In this document: piece by piece, positions 23,101-33,543 of the stretch | How positions within the stretch are numbered: position 1 is the stretch's first letter | How the letters are laid out: each line of letters begins with the position of its first letter | Source: Hyaloraphidium curvatum SAG 235-1 | Lineage: Eukaryota; Fungi; Monoblepharomycota | DNA: 64,000 nucleotides | NCBI GenBank assembly: GCA_025558095.1 | Contig: JAIVFI010000002.1 | Location: forward strand, 1,054,001 to 1,118,000 | Reading direction: 5' to 3' | Translations under genes and position numbers: made by a program | The notes under the pieces: model-generated | Told to the model about the DNA's origin: nothing | The model's database searches: none | The model's input: the letters and a program-made list of their open reading frames with translations, nothing else

Positions 23101-25505
23101 TCAGCAGCGCGGGCCCCAGTGGCCGCGGCCGCCGCAGTGGTGGGGAGGGCACATGCCGGGGCGGTGCCATCCGCCGTGACCGTGGTGGGGAGGAGGGCAC
23201 ATGCCGGGGCGGTGCCATCCGCCGTGGCCACCGTGAGCGGGAGGGCACATGCCGGGGCGGTGCCAGCCCCCGTGGTGGGGAGGGCACATCCCGGGGCGGT
23301 GCCATCCGCCGCGGCCAGGAGGGCACATGCCGGGCCCGTGCACGGGGACGTTGCCCGGCCCGCACGCGATGCGCTGCCACCCGTCGAGCGAACCGGCGAT
23401 CGTGCGGCGCTCGTCGGCCAGGGCGTCGAGCTTGGCCTGCGCGTCGCCGATCTCGCGATGGATCTTGGCCGACTCGCCGGCGATCTCCCTGATCCGGGCG
23501 AGCTTGGCCTGGCGCTCGGGGTCGGCATGCTTGGCGGGCTCGGGCTTGGCGGTCTTGCCGGCGGCGTCCGCGACGAGCTTCTCCGCCGCGGCCCCCGACT
23601 CGGCGGCGATCGCCGCCGCGCGCTTGCCCATCTGCTCGTACCGCACCCTCGCGCACCTGGCCCGCATCTCGGCGAACCTCGCGCGCTGCTCGTCCGTGCA
23701 CGCGGCCATCCTGATCTCCCTCCCGAGCGCGAACGCGGCGCGCGTGAGCTCCTTGATGGCGGCGTCGCGCGCGGCGGCGACCGAGGCCTCGGCAGGGGGC
23801 GCGTCGGCGCGCTTCTCGGCGAGCAGCGTGCGGAGCTGTTCCTTGAGGCGGTCGAGCTGCGCCTGCTTGGCGGTGTCGGCGGGCTTGGCGGATTCGGATT
23901 CGGCCGGCGCCGGGGCGTCGGCGAGCTTGGCGGCCTTGCGCCAGCGGCACACCGTCGGCGGCTTGGAGGCGCGGATGGCGGCGGTGATGGCGTTGAACTC
24001 GGTGCGCAGCTCCGCGGCGCGGGCCTCCCGGGCCTCGGCGATCGCGGGGTCGACGGGTGTGCCGGCGGCCTTCTCGGCGGCCGTGGCCTTGGCGATCTCG
24101 ACGAGCTCCTGCCACAGGGGCTTGAGCTGCTGCCTGGCCTCGGCCTCGTCGAACGGCTTGTCCTCGAGCGCGGTGTCGTCGGCGGGCTGCTCGGTGGCGG
24201 GCTTGGCGGCGACCTTGCGCGCGCACATGCGGTTGAACATGCAGATGCCGGCACCGCCCGCGGGGCGCACCACGAGCGAGAGCTCCTTGACCTGCGCGCG
24301 CAGCTCCGCGGCCTTGGCCTCGCGGGCCTCGCTGACGGCGGGGTCGACGATCGTGCCGGCGGCCTTCTCGGCGGCCTTGTCCTTGGCGATCACGACGAGC
24401 TCGGCAAAGGCCGACTTGAGCTGGGCCCTCTTGGCCTCGAGGTCCTCGACGGGGGTGGGCTGCACCTCGGAGGCGGGCACGTCGGCCTCGGCGGCCTTCT
24501 TGGCGCGGTGCTCCTCGCGCAGCCTGATCAGCTTCTCGCGGAGCTCCGCGATCTTGGCCTTGCGCTCGTCCGCGGCCCCGGCGGGCTGCTCGGCGAGCCT
24601 GGCGGCGCGGATCTCCTGCTGCACCGCAAACACCTTGGTGCGGAGCTCCTTGGCGCGGGCCTCGCGGGCCTCGTTGATGGCGGGGTCGACGGTGGTGCCG
24701 GCGGCCTTCTCGGCGAGCTTCTCCTTGCGGATCGCGCTGAGCTCCTGCCAGAGGCGGTACAGCTCGGCCTTGCGCTCGTCGGCGATCGGGGGCGCCGCGG
24801 CGGCGGGCTTGCCCTTGTTCGCGGCGAGCCAGGCCTCGCGGGCCTCGGTCTGCAGCCTGAAGATGTCGGCGCGGAGGGCGTCCAGCCTGGCCTGCCTCTC
24901 CAGCTCGGCCTTGGGATCGGCGGGGACGCCGGCGAGCTTCTCGACCCTGCGCTCCTCGGCGATGGCGCGCACGGCGGCCCACAGCGCGCGCAGTTCGGCG
25001 CGGCGGGGCTCGCCGGCGGGGTCGGACGCGGCGAGGGAGGCGCGGCGCTCCTCGCGGAGCTTGGCGATCCTGTCGCGGAGCTCGGCGATCTTGGCCTTCT
25101 GCTCGTCGGTCATGTCGGCGGGTTTGAGCGACCTGAGCATGGGCCTGGAGGGCGAAGGGGTCAGAGCGGTCCGCGAGAATGGCTGCGCAACACCGACCTG
25201 TTGGCCTTGAACAGGTAGACGGGCTTGACCGGGGCGAGCGCGGCCGCGGCGGTGACTTCTCCGGTCTGCGCGGGCGCGACGTCGAGCCTGGGCACGCCGG
25301 CCGCGAGCAGCTCGCGCAGCTCGTCGGTGGTCGAAACCGTCACGCGGTCGCCGTCGGCGTCGACGTACGTGGCGCGCAGCGCGCCCGCGATGCCGAACAC
25401 CTTCTTGACGCGCTCCTCGAAGCCGGCCCAGTCGGCCGACGCGAGCGGGACCATGCGGCCCTCGCCGGCGGAGAACACCTTGGCCTTGAGCACGGCGGGG
25501 TCCAT
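23101..25505 (-). CDS. PB1-domain protein with helical repeats and a His/Cys/Met/Trp repeat tail
   Basis: LKAK plus OPCA motif YVDADGDRVTVSTTDEL. Intron 25145-25197. Repeats of type DPAI.EAREARA.ELR and a C-terminal (GGWHRPGMCPP)n tail. TATAAA at 25621-25626 (minus strand). Confidence 0.85.
23143..23340 (-). repeat. Imperfect coding tandem repeat (5 PGMCPP units)
   Basis: GAGGGCACATGCCGGGGCGGTGCCA recurs with spacing of about 36-48 bp. Confidence 0.85.
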
Positions 25506-25993
25506 CGCGTGCTGTTGCGGGTTGGAACGGGTGGGTGCGAGTTGCAAGTTGGTTGCGAGTGCTATCGTCCGCTGTCTGATGACGGAAGACGATGGGGAAC
25601 GGCCCCGGGGAGACGGGCCCTTTATAGCTTGCGTCATGTGGCGGAGCTCCTCAGCGCGAACCCCACGTTCTTGACGTCACCGTGCATCGCCCTCCGGCCT
25701 CTGCACCCCGCTCGCACGCTCCGAAACGACCGATATAATTCTTTTGTCATCGCTCCGCGGCATCGGGGCCGAAAGCGGGGGCTAGGGGGTCCGAAACGGG
25801 GAGATGGGACTGGTGTACCAATCTGGATCCAATCGCGGTCCCACGGGCGCCCAGAGGCCCCAATCCACCTCCAAACCGCGGTTCTCGATAGTTTATTCGT
25901 CTAGATGCCCGCAATCCGGGTCTCTGTCTTGCAAACGGCGACCAATCGCCCCCCGACCCGCCGCACGGCCCCTTCCCCGCATGCGTCCCGGCC

Positions 25994-26809
25994 CTAGAAC
26001 CCCGCCATCCCCGCCCACCCCCTCAACCTCTCGTACGACACCCAAAAGCAAAGCTGCCACGGTCCCAGCCTCGCCCACGTCGGCCAGAACCCCCTGTACA
26101 GCCCCCTCAGTCCCTCCTCCCCCCACGTCCGCCATAGGCAGTCCCACGCCCCCACGTACCGCGGGTTCGACGGATCTTGCGCCATCAACCGGGTTTTCAC
26201 GACGTCGGCGGGGGTGGAGAGCAGGCTGGATACCAGGCCGGAGCAGATTGCCGCGCCCACGTGCGCCGCGAGGTTGTCGCCGCCCGCCAGGGGCACCACG
26301 CGCGCCTTGGCGGCATCGTAGGTGGCCAGTTCCCCGAGGTTGACGATCGCCGCGCGCTGCACGGCCGGCAGGCCCCCGCGGAACAGCCCCCGCGGCCCCG
26401 CTCCGACCGCCGTCCGCAACGCGGCCCCGAGGGTCGGGTTGGCCCGCGGGTCCGCGACCATCCTGATCTTTGCCAGGTCCAGCGGCACCGCAACCGCCTG
26501 CCCCGCCGCCCCCGAGACGAACCCGAACGCCAGGAGCGCGGGCAGCGGCGGCCTGCCATCGCTCCCCGTCCGCGACGCGTGCCACCGCTTCAGCGACTCG
26601 AACATGGCCACCCGCACCGACGTGTACGGCAAATGGCGGAGCACCGCGGCCGACACGCCCGCGTAGAGATGGCCCGTCCGGGGGGGGCCGGCGAGCTGCC
26701 GCCGCGTTTTGAACGCGTCGACGGGGTACGTGGCCAGCTCGGCCGCCGCCGCCGCGCAGGCGGATAAGGAGAGGCGGGGGGGGAGCGCGTCCGATGCGCG
26801 GGTCGACAT
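25994..26809 (-). CDS. Mitochondrial carrier, UCP4/SLC25A27-like uncoupling protein
   Basis: Three PxDxxKxR signatures, VQRAAIVNLGELATYD and FWPTWARLGPWQLCFWVSYE. Confidence 0.88.
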   Translation of the reverse strand: MSTRASDALPPRLSLSACAAAAAELATYPVDAFKTRRQLAGPPRTGHLYAGVSAAVLRHLPYTSVRVAMFESLKRWHASRTGSDGRPPLPALLAFGFVSGAAGQAVAVPLDLAKIRMVADPRANPTLGAALRTAVGAGPRGLFRGGLPAVQRAAIVNLGELATYDAAKARVVPLAGGDNLAAHVGAAICSGLVSSLLSTPADVVKTRLMAQDPSNPRYVGAWDCLWRTWGEEGLRGLYRGFWPTWARLGPWQLCFWVSYERLRGWAGMAGF

Positions 26810-27061
26810 CGCGAGGAGGTGCGAGGGCGCCAGAGCTGACTGGATCGGGTCTGCGGTCCCGCGTCGACGGGGCTCCTCGGATTGTGGCGAAAGCAACCTT
26901 GCTTTGCTGGGCACAGAGAGATGAGCATCGACTGCTCTGCATTCCGCAATCAAGCACGAAATCAGTACATGATCAGGCTGCCGGGGTTGAGAAGTGCCCG
27001 TGGCCCGTGGCCAACAGCCGATGACGACCGAAGCCTCACTAGCAACTGTCCCACGCCCCCA

Positions 27062-28624
27062 TCAGAAGATCGGACACACCGACTGCAGCGTCGTCCGGGT
27101 CCCCACGGCCCTCAGCACACCCCACAACCCCACCGCCACGGTGAAGCCCGAAGCCGCGACGGTCCCGACCAGCCCGAAGGTCACCCCGAAACCGAGGAAC
27201 TTTGTCCTGAGCCCGCCCACGTTGGCGAACGAGGCGAGCATCCCCGCGTGGGCCTCGAGCACCGCGATCGCGCGGTCGTCGGGCTGGGGGGCATGGGGAT
27301 CCGTGCGCGCCGCACGGCCGCGGAGGACCAGCATCCGCGCGCGCTCGACGGCCCCCGAATAGGCGACCGCCGCGCCGTCGATGTCGCGGTTGGCCGCGGC
27401 GCAGGTGAGCAGGTCGAATGCGAGGAACGCGGCGACCACGGCGACGTCGGCGATGTTGTAGGCCGTGAGGCAGCCGCCGGCAAAGAGGTTGCAGAGGCAC
27501 ACGACGACGGCACCGACGGCCGTGGACACGACGATAGAGCGGGAGGCCGTATACGACCGCAGCCTGGTCTCCCAAGAAGATACCAGCTGCCGATGCAGCG
27601 AGATGTAGGTCTCGTCGTCGGGCGGGGGCAGCGGGATCGGGTGCCCGCCAAAGGCGGAGGCTTCGCAGCGCGAGACGAGGTCGTCCAGCGTGAGGTCCAC
27701 AGCGCGCAGCCGCAGCCGTCGCTCCAGGGCAATCACTGAGAACGGAGGAAGCAGGGTCACTTGCCGGAAGTAGATGTCGGCGAGGTAGGTCGAGATGTAG
27801 ACAAGGAGGTAGATTGCTGCCAGCGTGGCGGCCCACGGTGCTTTCCACGTTGGGAGAAAGAAAAACTGGGTCCAGGTGAGCAAAATGACCCAGGCCATAA
27901 AGAACAAAACAAAGACCACCGCAAAACTCGAAAAGACCAGTGTCGGAGTGATTTGCACGAGCGAGGTGCCGCAGGAAGGTGACGGGCACGGGCACCGACC
28001 GGCCGCGCGGTCCTTCGAAGAGTGGCGGAGAAGGGCCGATGATGAATCTCCAGCAGCGAGCTCGAGCCAGCGGGCTAGCGGGGCAAGAGCATGGTGGTCC
28101 ATCTGCCCCGGTTGCGCCTGCGAGTCCTCGCTTTTGAGGCCCTCCTGCGGGCCATCCTTCTGCTGCTCGACATCAGCGTCGCCGAGACGAGCTTCCCTCT
28201 GGGCGGCCATGACGACACCGACGACGGTGCCAGCATACAAGATGCTGCGGAGGAGGACGCCCACGGTGGTCCCCGCCATTGCGGCGGTAGAAAACGCCCC
28301 CGTAGCCGGCGCCAAGGCCCAGAGGATCGAGATCCACGTCGCATCGATAAAGACCCTCATTCCGACCACCTTGCCGACCGAGTCGGTGCTGAAGAGCCTC
28401 ATAATCGGCGCCATGCCCACGGCGGCGGCCAGCGCGGGCGCGGCGCGGTCGAAGTCCGCGGCCATGCGCGGCAGCGTGAGCGGCGGCACCTCGCCCGGGG
28501 CACCATCTGCGGCAAAAAGCGCGGCGGTCTCGGCGGGCGAGAAGCGCAGCGGGGCGGCCGGAGCGGGGCGGTCTTCGCGCGGCGCGAGCCCCTCCGCGGC
28601 GGTGGAGGGCTCAGATTCCGTCAT
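27062..28624 (-). CDS. 7-TM DUF3537/GRL-like paralog 3
   Basis: ETAALFA, LLRHS..RCPCPSPSC, RLRLRAV, C-terminal MLASF...KFLGFGVTFGLVGTVAASGFTVAVGLWGVLRA. Confidence 0.8.
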   Translation of the reverse strand: MTESEPSTAAEGLAPREDRPAPAAPLRFSPAETAALFAADGAPGEVPPLTLPRMAADFDRAAPALAAAVGMAPIMRLFSTDSVGKVVGMRVFIDATWISILWALAPATGAFSTAAMAGTTVGVLLRSILYAGTVVGVVMAAQREARLGDADVEQQKDGPQEGLKSEDSQAQPGQMDHHALAPLARWLELAAGDSSSALLRHSSKDRAAGRCPCPSPSCGTSLVQITPTLVFSSFAVVFVLFFMAWVILLTWTQFFFLPTWKAPWAATLAAIYLLVYISTYLADIYFRQVTLLPPFSVIALERRLRLRAVDLTLDDLVSRCEASAFGGHPIPLPPPDDETYISLHRQLVSSWETRLRSYTASRSIVVSTAVGAVVVCLCNLFAGGCLTAYNIADVAVVAAFLAFDLLTCAAANRDIDGAAVAYSGAVERARMLVLRGRAARTDPHAPQPDDRAIAVLEAHAGMLASFANVGGLRTKFLGFGVTFGLVGTVAASGFTVAVGLWGVLRAVGTRTTLQSVCPIF

Positions 28625-28853
28625 CGCGCCGGCGCGTGTCAAAGCGACGAAGAGTGACAACTTCCAATAGAGAGACTTCCAATGCAAGGGCTCTTTGATG
28701 GTGGGATACACTTCCGACGCGTGGAAGATTCGCGCGGAAGCTGACTGCGGATTCGCGCCGTATCGTCTTCCCCGGTGACAGACGGCGGAGCCTAGACACC
28801 CAGCGCGGGACCGATTTCCTGCTCCTTATTTCGCCCTTAGCGCGATTCGCGCC

Positions 28854-30350
28854 ATGGCGGCCGAGATTGCCGCCGAGACGCTTGTGCCAATGTGCTGCAC
28901 GCCGGACGACGCACCGCCTGAGGCCTTCACGCCCCGCGAGTGGATCGCATTGTTCCCGGCCCCGGCCGTGCGCGCCCAGGGCTCGCTGGAGCCGCCGCCC
29001 GCCGACCCCGCGAAGCTGCTGCGGGCGGAATCGCCGCTCTCCCGGCGCGACCTCCTCGCTGCGGTCGGCGCCTCACCCGCGCTCGCGCTGCTCGTGCGTG
29101 CGCAGCTGTCCCTGGCGCCGTACGTCGTGCCCTACCACGGGTGGCGCGTCACGGCCTACTACGTCACGGGATTGGCGCTCCTGTCGGTGCAGTGGGCCTT
29201 TGTCGGCGACCTCGGCCGTTTCTCCACGGCGCAACTCGCCGTGGGCACCTTTGTGACCGCGCTGCACACCACGTTTGCCTTTGTCATCTTTGCTTTCTTT
29301 GCCGGGGTATTTACGAGGCGCATCGTGCTCCCCTCGGACCTCTCGGAGCACCCTTTCGCGGTCTTCGTGCGCTGGTCGCAGCTCTGCGACGAGGAGCCCG
29401 GTTCCCGCCTGCTGCGCCACGATCCCGCCGACGCACTGTGCCCGTGCCCCGCCGCGGGGTGCGCGGGCAAGCTGCTCGACCGGGCCGCGCTGCTTCGGGT
29501 GGTCGAGGTGGCCTCGCATATCTGCGTCGGGTTCCAGTTGTACTTCTTCATCTACCTCGTCATGCCCGCTGTGGCCTACGCGGCCTACAGCTGGACTTCC
29601 CCATGGGCCGCCACGCTGTGCGTTGCCAACGCTTTGCTGATCGCCGAAACCGTCATCCTCCAGGTCCTCGCCGGGGCGCGGCACAACGTCGCGACGATGC
29701 AGCTCACCCTGCGCCTGCATAAGCGGGCGTGCCGACTGGCCCTGGATGGCTTGCTCTCGCGGTACCGGGCCCTCGCCGCGGGCAGCCAATCCGGCCCGCA
29801 CCCCGTGCTGGTGGACGAGCCTTACCTCGCGCTGCAGGACTCCCTCGGGCCCACATGGCGCACGCGACTCCAAAGGGTGGCCTCCGGCCCGGTGTTCATC
29901 CTCACCCTCCCTCTGTACGCGCTGATCGTGGCCGCCGCGGGCATCGCCCTGGGCAACTGCATCCCCTTCGCCGCCGTCGGCGCCCTGATCATGGTGGCCT
30001 TCCTCGCCGCACTGGACCTCACCGTGTTCACCGCCAGCAACTCGCACGTGGCCGCCGTGGCGGAGCTCTTCGACGAGGCGCGGTCGGCCCTCCGCCGCGC
30101 GCGGTACGAGGCCGACGCCGCGGGCCCAGCGCCCTCGGTCGCGGCTCGGGAGCTCGGCGAGCACCACGACCGCCTCCTGTCGGCGTTTTCCCGCGCGCCC
30201 GAGGCGTTCTTTGCCCGCTTCATGGGGTTCAGGGTCGACGCCGCCGTGTCACGCAACGTGGCGGCGACCGCGATGACCCTGGCAATAGGGCTGTGGAGCA
30301 TCCTGCGCAGCTCGGGCGTCCGGCTGACCCTGTATACGACCTGTGGATGA
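28854..30350 (+). CDS. 7-TM DUF3537/GRL-like paralog 4 (divergent from paralog 3)
   Basis: EWIALFP, LLRHDPADALCPCPAAGC, RLHKRAC, C-terminal RFMGFRVDAAVSRNVAATAMTLAIGLWSILRS. Closest to paralog 1. Confidence 0.82.
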   Translation: MAAEIAAETLVPMCCTPDDAPPEAFTPREWIALFPAPAVRAQGSLEPPPADPAKLLRAESPLSRRDLLAAVGASPALALLVRAQLSLAPYVVPYHGWRVTAYYVTGLALLSVQWAFVGDLGRFSTAQLAVGTFVTALHTTFAFVIFAFFAGVFTRRIVLPSDLSEHPFAVFVRWSQLCDEEPGSRLLRHDPADALCPCPAAGCAGKLLDRAALLRVVEVASHICVGFQLYFFIYLVMPAVAYAAYSWTSPWAATLCVANALLIAETVILQVLAGARHNVATMQLTLRLHKRACRLALDGLLSRYRALAAGSQSGPHPVLVDEPYLALQDSLGPTWRTRLQRVASGPVFILTLPLYALIVAAAGIALGNCIPFAAVGALIMVAFLAALDLTVFTASNSHVAAVAELFDEARSALRRARYEADAAGPAPSVAARELGEHHDRLLSAFSRAPEAFFARFMGFRVDAAVSRNVAATAMTLAIGLWSILRSSGVRLTLYTTCG

Positions 30351-30477
30351 GTTGTGTCATATCTACTAGTGGCCCTTGCAGGAGTGGACTCAAGGTCCTA
30401 TGGGGCCGGATGCTTCAGCTGGGGGACAGCTCATCGGCCAACAATGAATAGACTGATTCATTTATTTGAAAGCAGCT

Positions 30478-31809
30478 TCACCGAATGCACCGCCTGAACA
30501 GGTGCGCCGCCGGCATCTCGCGCTTGGCGATCGCCATCCGCACCCGATCCGCCTGCGCGCGCAGCGCCGCGGTGTCCTGCCCCGCCGCCTCGGCCCTCGC
30601 GATCGCGTCCTCGAGCTGGGCTTGGTACGCCTTGGCACCGGCCAGGTCCTCCTCGGCGCGCTCGCGGGCCGACATCCTCCCCATCCCGATCTGGTCCCGC
30701 TCCGGGTGCTCCACGGGCGGGTCCACGGCGATCGCGTTCTGCGCCGAGCCCCCGCCGGAAGCGGGCGGCGACCCGCCGAGGGGGCACGAGGCGCCGTCGG
30801 GGCTCCAGTAGGTCATGACGGCGTACCCGGCGTTGCCGCCGTAGCCCGAGGGCACGAGCATGGGGATCTGGTAGTCGCCCGTGCTGTACTTGATGCCTCC
30901 GAGCCCGGCGGCGGCGGGGGGGTTGATCGTGCCGGTGGGAACGAAGGCGTTGGCGCCGAGCTGGGGCTGCGGCGCCGGCAGGTTCGTGCTGAACAGCTGC
31001 CCGTTGGCCCCGGCCGATCCGCCGTTGCCGCCGCCGTACACGGGGTCGTAACCGGAGGGATCCGGGTTGTTGGTTGCCTGCCCCGTGCCCTGGCCGCCGC
31101 CGCCTCCGAAGCCCCCTCCGCAGCCCGCGGCGAGCTGGCCGCCCACGGAGCCGCCCGCGAGATTGTTGCCTCCGACGCCGCCCTGCACCTGCAAGCCGAG
31201 GTTGCGGGCGCCCGTGCCGCCCACGCCGGCCTTGCCGGGCATGGCGCCCTTGCCGGCGGCGCCCCATGCGAGGGGCCCGCTCGCCTCGCCGCCGCCGCCC
31301 CCGCGGTCGGCGTGCTGGTCGTTGGCGGTGCCGCCGCCGCCCCCCACGGAGCCGGCCCCGCCGCCTCCGCCCCCGCCGAGCGAGCATGGGTCCGAGTTGG
31401 GGGAGAAGAAGTTCGCCGGGTAGTACTCGGCCCCTCCGCCGCCGCCCCCGCCGACCGTGACGGTGACGACGTCTCCCGGCAGCGCGTAGAATGCCAGGGT
31501 GACGCGTCCGCCGTCGTTGCCCGTGGTGAGCGCCGCCGCCCCCCCGTCGCCGCCCCACGCATAGAATCGGTTGCCGCCGACCGTGACGGCCGTCGATCCG
31601 CCGCCGCCTCCCGCGCCGCCTCCGGCGCCCGAGCCGCCGCCGCCGCCGACGAGCGTGATGTTGAACGGCAGCGGCGCGGCCGAGGCGTCCAGCGTGGCCG
31701 AGAACTGCACGGGGATGTTGTTGACGCAGAGGAGCTGGGAGGCCGCGGCGGGCGAGGCCAAGAGAAGGGAGGACGCGGCGAGCGCGATGAGCGCGACGCG
31801 GCTGGGCAT
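30478..31809 (-). CDS. Secreted glycine-rich protein C' (copy of C)
   Basis: Translation identical to 21148-22479. Confidence 0.88.
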   Translation of the reverse strand: MPSRVALIALAASSLLLASPAAASQLLCVNNIPVQFSATLDASAAPLPFNITLVGGGGGSGAGGGAGGGGGSTAVTVGGNRFYAWGGDGGAAALTTGNDGGRVTLAFYALPGDVVTVTVGGGGGGGAEYYPANFFSPNSDPCSLGGGGGGGAGSVGGGGGTANDQHADRGGGGGEASGPLAWGAAGKGAMPGKAGVGGTGARNLGLQVQGGVGGNNLAGGSVGGQLAAGCGGGFGGGGGQGTGQATNNPDPSGYDPVYGGGNGGSAGANGQLFSTNLPAPQPQLGANAFVPTGTINPPAAAGLGGIKYSTGDYQIPMLVPSGYGGNAGYAVMTYWSPDGASCPLGGSPPASGGGSAQNAIAVDPPVEHPERDQIGMGRMSARERAEEDLAGAKAYQAQLEDAIARAEAAGQDTAALRAQADRVRMAIAKREMPAAHLFRRCIR

Positions 31810-32553
31810 GTTGTTGTTGGTGTTGGTTCGATATTGAGGTGAAGAAGGAGGTCCGCTCTGTGGCCTGAGTGCCGCTCAGGTCGTCGCAGGATGGTGCCGC
31901 CGACATCTGCAGAGGCACCGCATATATACGGCGCCGCGTAAAGTCGGAGATTTGGAGCGCATCGCGTTCTGGCGGGGATGGTGGAAGGTTCTGCTTCGCC
32001 ACGCACAGCACAGCCGGCTGGGCTCGGAGTTCTGACGGCCCAATGACGCGCGAATCCCATGCCCGGAGATCCTGTACTTTTCGCATCTTCATGAAATTCG
32101 GACTCGGATGGAATGCCGCCCGGTGACGGCAGTGTCGTGGGGGAATTCAATTGGTTTTCGGACCTGCAGAGGCACCTTTGATTCGGCGGAGCAAATGGGG
32201 AACGGAGCTCTGTTGGTCCAGAAATGTACTCCGAGGCTTGCATCAGCCAGCTCATCAGGAACTGCTCGCGGTCGCCTATCCGGCTCGGCCATAGTCCCGG
32301 GCCGCCTGTCGTCTGCCTCATGAAGACGGACGTCCACCCCCAGAGATCGGTGTCCCTCAATGACGGAGCGGACCCGAATTTCGGGCAAGCCCATCTGGAG
32401 GACGGCGGGAGCCCGAGATTGAGGACGATGCGGTAAGATTGGGGGCGGCTTCGTCCGCCAGAGTGATTTGCAGGAGACATGATTGGAAATGGACCCCGGG
32501 CATCAAGGACGGCAATCGACTCATTCAAGCAATTATCCATTTCGAGAGCCACT

Positions 32554-33543
32554 TTACAGCAGGCAGCTGACACCGTCCGGCGAGGCGTACTGGACGATGG
32601 CGTACCCGGCGTTCCCCCCGTAGCCGCCCTTCAGCGCGCCCTTGCCCGCATCGGCCGGCGCATCCAGCGAGCCCGTGGAGACGAAGCTCAGCGCCCCCTT
32701 GCCGCCGAGCAGCACCGAGGGGTAAAAGTACGACCCGCCGTCCGTGCCAAAGGACCCGCCGGGCATGCCCTGCTTGGCGCCCTTGGTGCCGCTGGGCGTG
32801 CCGCAACCGCCTCCCGAGCCGAAGCCCCCGCCCGAGCCGCCGTAGGCGTAGGCGAACGAGGCTTGCGAGTAGTTGCCGGTCGCGCCCTGCCCGCCCGTGC
32901 CCACGCCGGGTGCGCCGTAGCCGCCCTTCTCGAAGCCGCCGTTCGAGGCGTCGCCCGAGCCGCCGTTGCCGCCGTGGAACTCTCCGTTGCCGCCCTCCCC
33001 GCCGTTGCCCCCGTTCTTCCCGGTCGAGCCCCCGCCGCCACCGTATGCACCCGAGCCGCCGCCGCCGCCGGCATTGTCCTTGCTCCACCCGCCGCCCGCA
33101 CCGCCACCGCCTCCGACCTTGACGAAGAGGTACTGTCCCGCCGAGAGGGTGATTGTGCCCTTGACCACGGCGCCGTTGGCCCCGGGGTTGTCGCCCGACG
33201 CGCTCTTGCCCCCGGTCCCGCCGGCGGCGTAGCGCCGCGATCCCGACTTGCCGTCGGTGTCGGTCGGATCCGACGACACGGCGATGGCGGTCGACCCGCC
33301 GCCGCCTCCCGATCCGTGGCTGCCTCCGGCCCCGCCGCCGGCGCCGACGAGGGTGAAGGCGAGGGAGAGGTCCGCGTTGTAGGGGTTGGGCCGGGCGAGG
33401 TACGTGCGGATGTCCGTCGTGCAGGTCTTTGCCTGGCGGGCCGCGAGCGGCGCGGCCGCGGCGGTGCCGATGAGGGCGAGGCCGGCGAGGCCAAGCGCCA
33501 GGGCGCGGAGGGGGGACGCGTTGCGGCGCGTGTCGGTCGACAT
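32554..33543 (-). CDS. Secreted glycine-rich protein B' (copy of B)
   Basis: Matches B except NADFSL versus NADLSL. Confidence 0.85.
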   Translation of the reverse strand: MSTDTRRNASPLRALALGLAGLALIGTAAAAPLAARQAKTCTTDIRTYLARPNPYNADLSLAFTLVGAGGGAGGSHGSGGGGGSTAIAVSSDPTDTDGKSGSRRYAAGGTGGKSASGDNPGANGAVVKGTITLSAGQYLFVKVGGGGGAGGGWSKDNAGGGGGSGAYGGGGGSTGKNGGNGGEGGNGEFHGGNGGSGDASNGGFEKGGYGAPGVGTGGQGATGNYSQASFAYAYGGSGGGFGSGGGCGTPSGTKGAKQGMPGGSFGTDGGSYFYPSVLLGGKGALSFVSTGSLDAPADAGKGALKGGYGGNAGYAIVQYASPDGVSCLL

